Assembly (NCBI GenBank): GCA_964372395.1
Contig: CAYJQV010000007.1
Location: 1-53,468, forward strand
Direction of reading: 5' to 3'
DNA from: an uncultured Planctomycetia bacterium
GTDB taxonomy: Bacteria > Omnitrophota > Gorgyraeia > 1-14-0-20-64-10
DNA length: 53,468 nucleotides
The notes beneath the pieces are model-generated. The model was not told where the DNA came from. It searched no databases and worked only from the letters and a program-made list of their open reading frames with translations. Positions 52,660-53,468 of the stretch are shown piece after piece; position 1 is the first letter of the stretch; each line of letters starts with the position of its first letter. A program made the position numbers and the translations under genes.

Positions 52660-52684
52660 GGACCTTCAGCCGGCCCAGTTGCCC

Positions 52685-53152
52685 TTAGTGATGATGCTTT
52701 CCCTCCTCATGGGTATGGCCAGCCTCTGAATGAGCAGGGGCTCCGGCAGCGCCTGCTGCGCCGGACTCCACGACCGTCACCTTCTTGATGGCGATCAGGT
52801 GCACGCCGTTTCGCTCCGTCACCGTTCCTTCGGCGGTCACATTCTTGGCTGCCAGGGGAGCAAGTGTCTGATTCGCGGGCCCATGCTCGCTCCCCATCGC
52901 CAGGTACACCTCATCGCCCGATAAAATCCCCACCGGAAGCCCGGAGGTGATGCACTTCTGGGCGCATTCCCGGTGGCCGGGCCCTTTAAGACCCTCGCCC
53001 AGGTAGCAAGCCAGATCCACCACTTCACCGGTCACGACCTGAATCGCTCCGCCGTGTTCCTGGCCGCCATGGCTTTCTCCTTCATGGGCAACTGCAAACC
53101 CAGCAAGCATCGTAAGACCAACGATTGTCATCGCAGGCACCCACTTTTTCAT
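52685..53152 (-). CDS. secreted His-rich putative metal-binding protein
   Basis: Signal peptide MKKWVPAMTIVGLTMLAGFAVA, HEGESHGGQEHGG, the Cys pair CYL...HRECAQKC and the tail HSEAGHTHEEGKHHH. Confidence 0.55.
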   Translation of the reverse strand: MKKWVPAMTIVGLTMLAGFAVAHEGESHGGQEHGGAIQVVTGEVVDLACYLGEGLKGPGHRECAQKCITSGLPVGILSGDEVYLAMGSEHGPANQTLAPLAAKNVTAEGTVTERNGVHLIAIKKVTVVESGAAGAAGAPAHSEAGHTHEEGKHHH

Positions 53153-53195
53153 GATTTTGTCCTCCGTTGTTTAGCGCGTATCATTTACGAAACGC

Positions 53196-53462
53196 TTAAT
53201 GCACGTGGTTTGGTGCCTCTTCTCCATGGTCGATCACTTCGATCCCACCGGACCGGCCGTAGCTGCCACCCACGCCGAACTCGTACACCATGCGCCCTCC
53301 CAAATGAGCGCTGAAGGCCAGGATCCCGCAGGCTAAGCCCAGTAACCCCCACGTCATCCACTGACCGCGACGGCTCAAGGCATCCCTCTTCAGAAGCCGC
53401 CATCCGACGATCGCAACCGCCAGGGCTAACACCACGTATCCCAGCCGTTCATGCAGGCTCAT
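53196..53462 (-). CDS. DUF2231-like membrane protein (may extend beyond the window)
   Basis: Two TM segments with the ..AHLGGRMVYEFGVG motif. The ORF starts 6 nt from the window edge. Confidence 0.4.
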   Translation of the reverse strand: MSLHERLGYVVLALAVAIVGWRLLKRDALSRRGQWMTWGLLGLACGILAFSAHLGGRMVYEFGVGGSYGRSGGIEVIDHGEEAPNHVH

Positions 53463-53468
53463 GATCTG

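Overview
High-GC bacterial chromosome spanning the replication-origin neighbourhood. All calls come from reading the sequence and ORF track and from recalled family motifs; no searches or folding programs were run. Minus strand, 1-9.5 kb: tRNA-Leu, tRNA-Cys, coaB, coaC, rpoZ, gmk, yicC, pckA-like, ndk, parB, parA, yidC, yidD, rnpA, rpmH. Plus strand: dnaA, an AT-rich oriC-like spacer, dnaN, a DUF721 (DciA-like) gene, then gyrB and gyrA, each interrupted by an intein. Next come tRNA-Glu, a pilin-like gene, and a Fur-controlled TonB-dependent receptor/ExbBD/TonB/ZIP cluster. A 1855-aa secreted multidomain ORF follows, then rsmI and lpxA. A long pyrimidine operon runs pyrR-pyrB-pyrC ... carA-carB-pyrK-pyrD-pyrF-pyrE, interrupted by unrelated genes. 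The window ends with arsC, an HTH-LAGLIDADG gene, tRNA-Phe, a permease-USP fusion and a MerR metal islet. Most unusual: (1) five copies of a 33-51 bp hairpin element (arms GGGGTCWGACCCC) inserted in frame in carA, carB (two copies), pyrK and the pyrK/pyrD junction; (2) inteins with different endonuclease types in both gyrase subunits; (3) the giant ORF, which carries an exact 16-nt repeat at three domain junctions; (4) an orphan PyrR-box in an unassigned 480-bp non-coding region.
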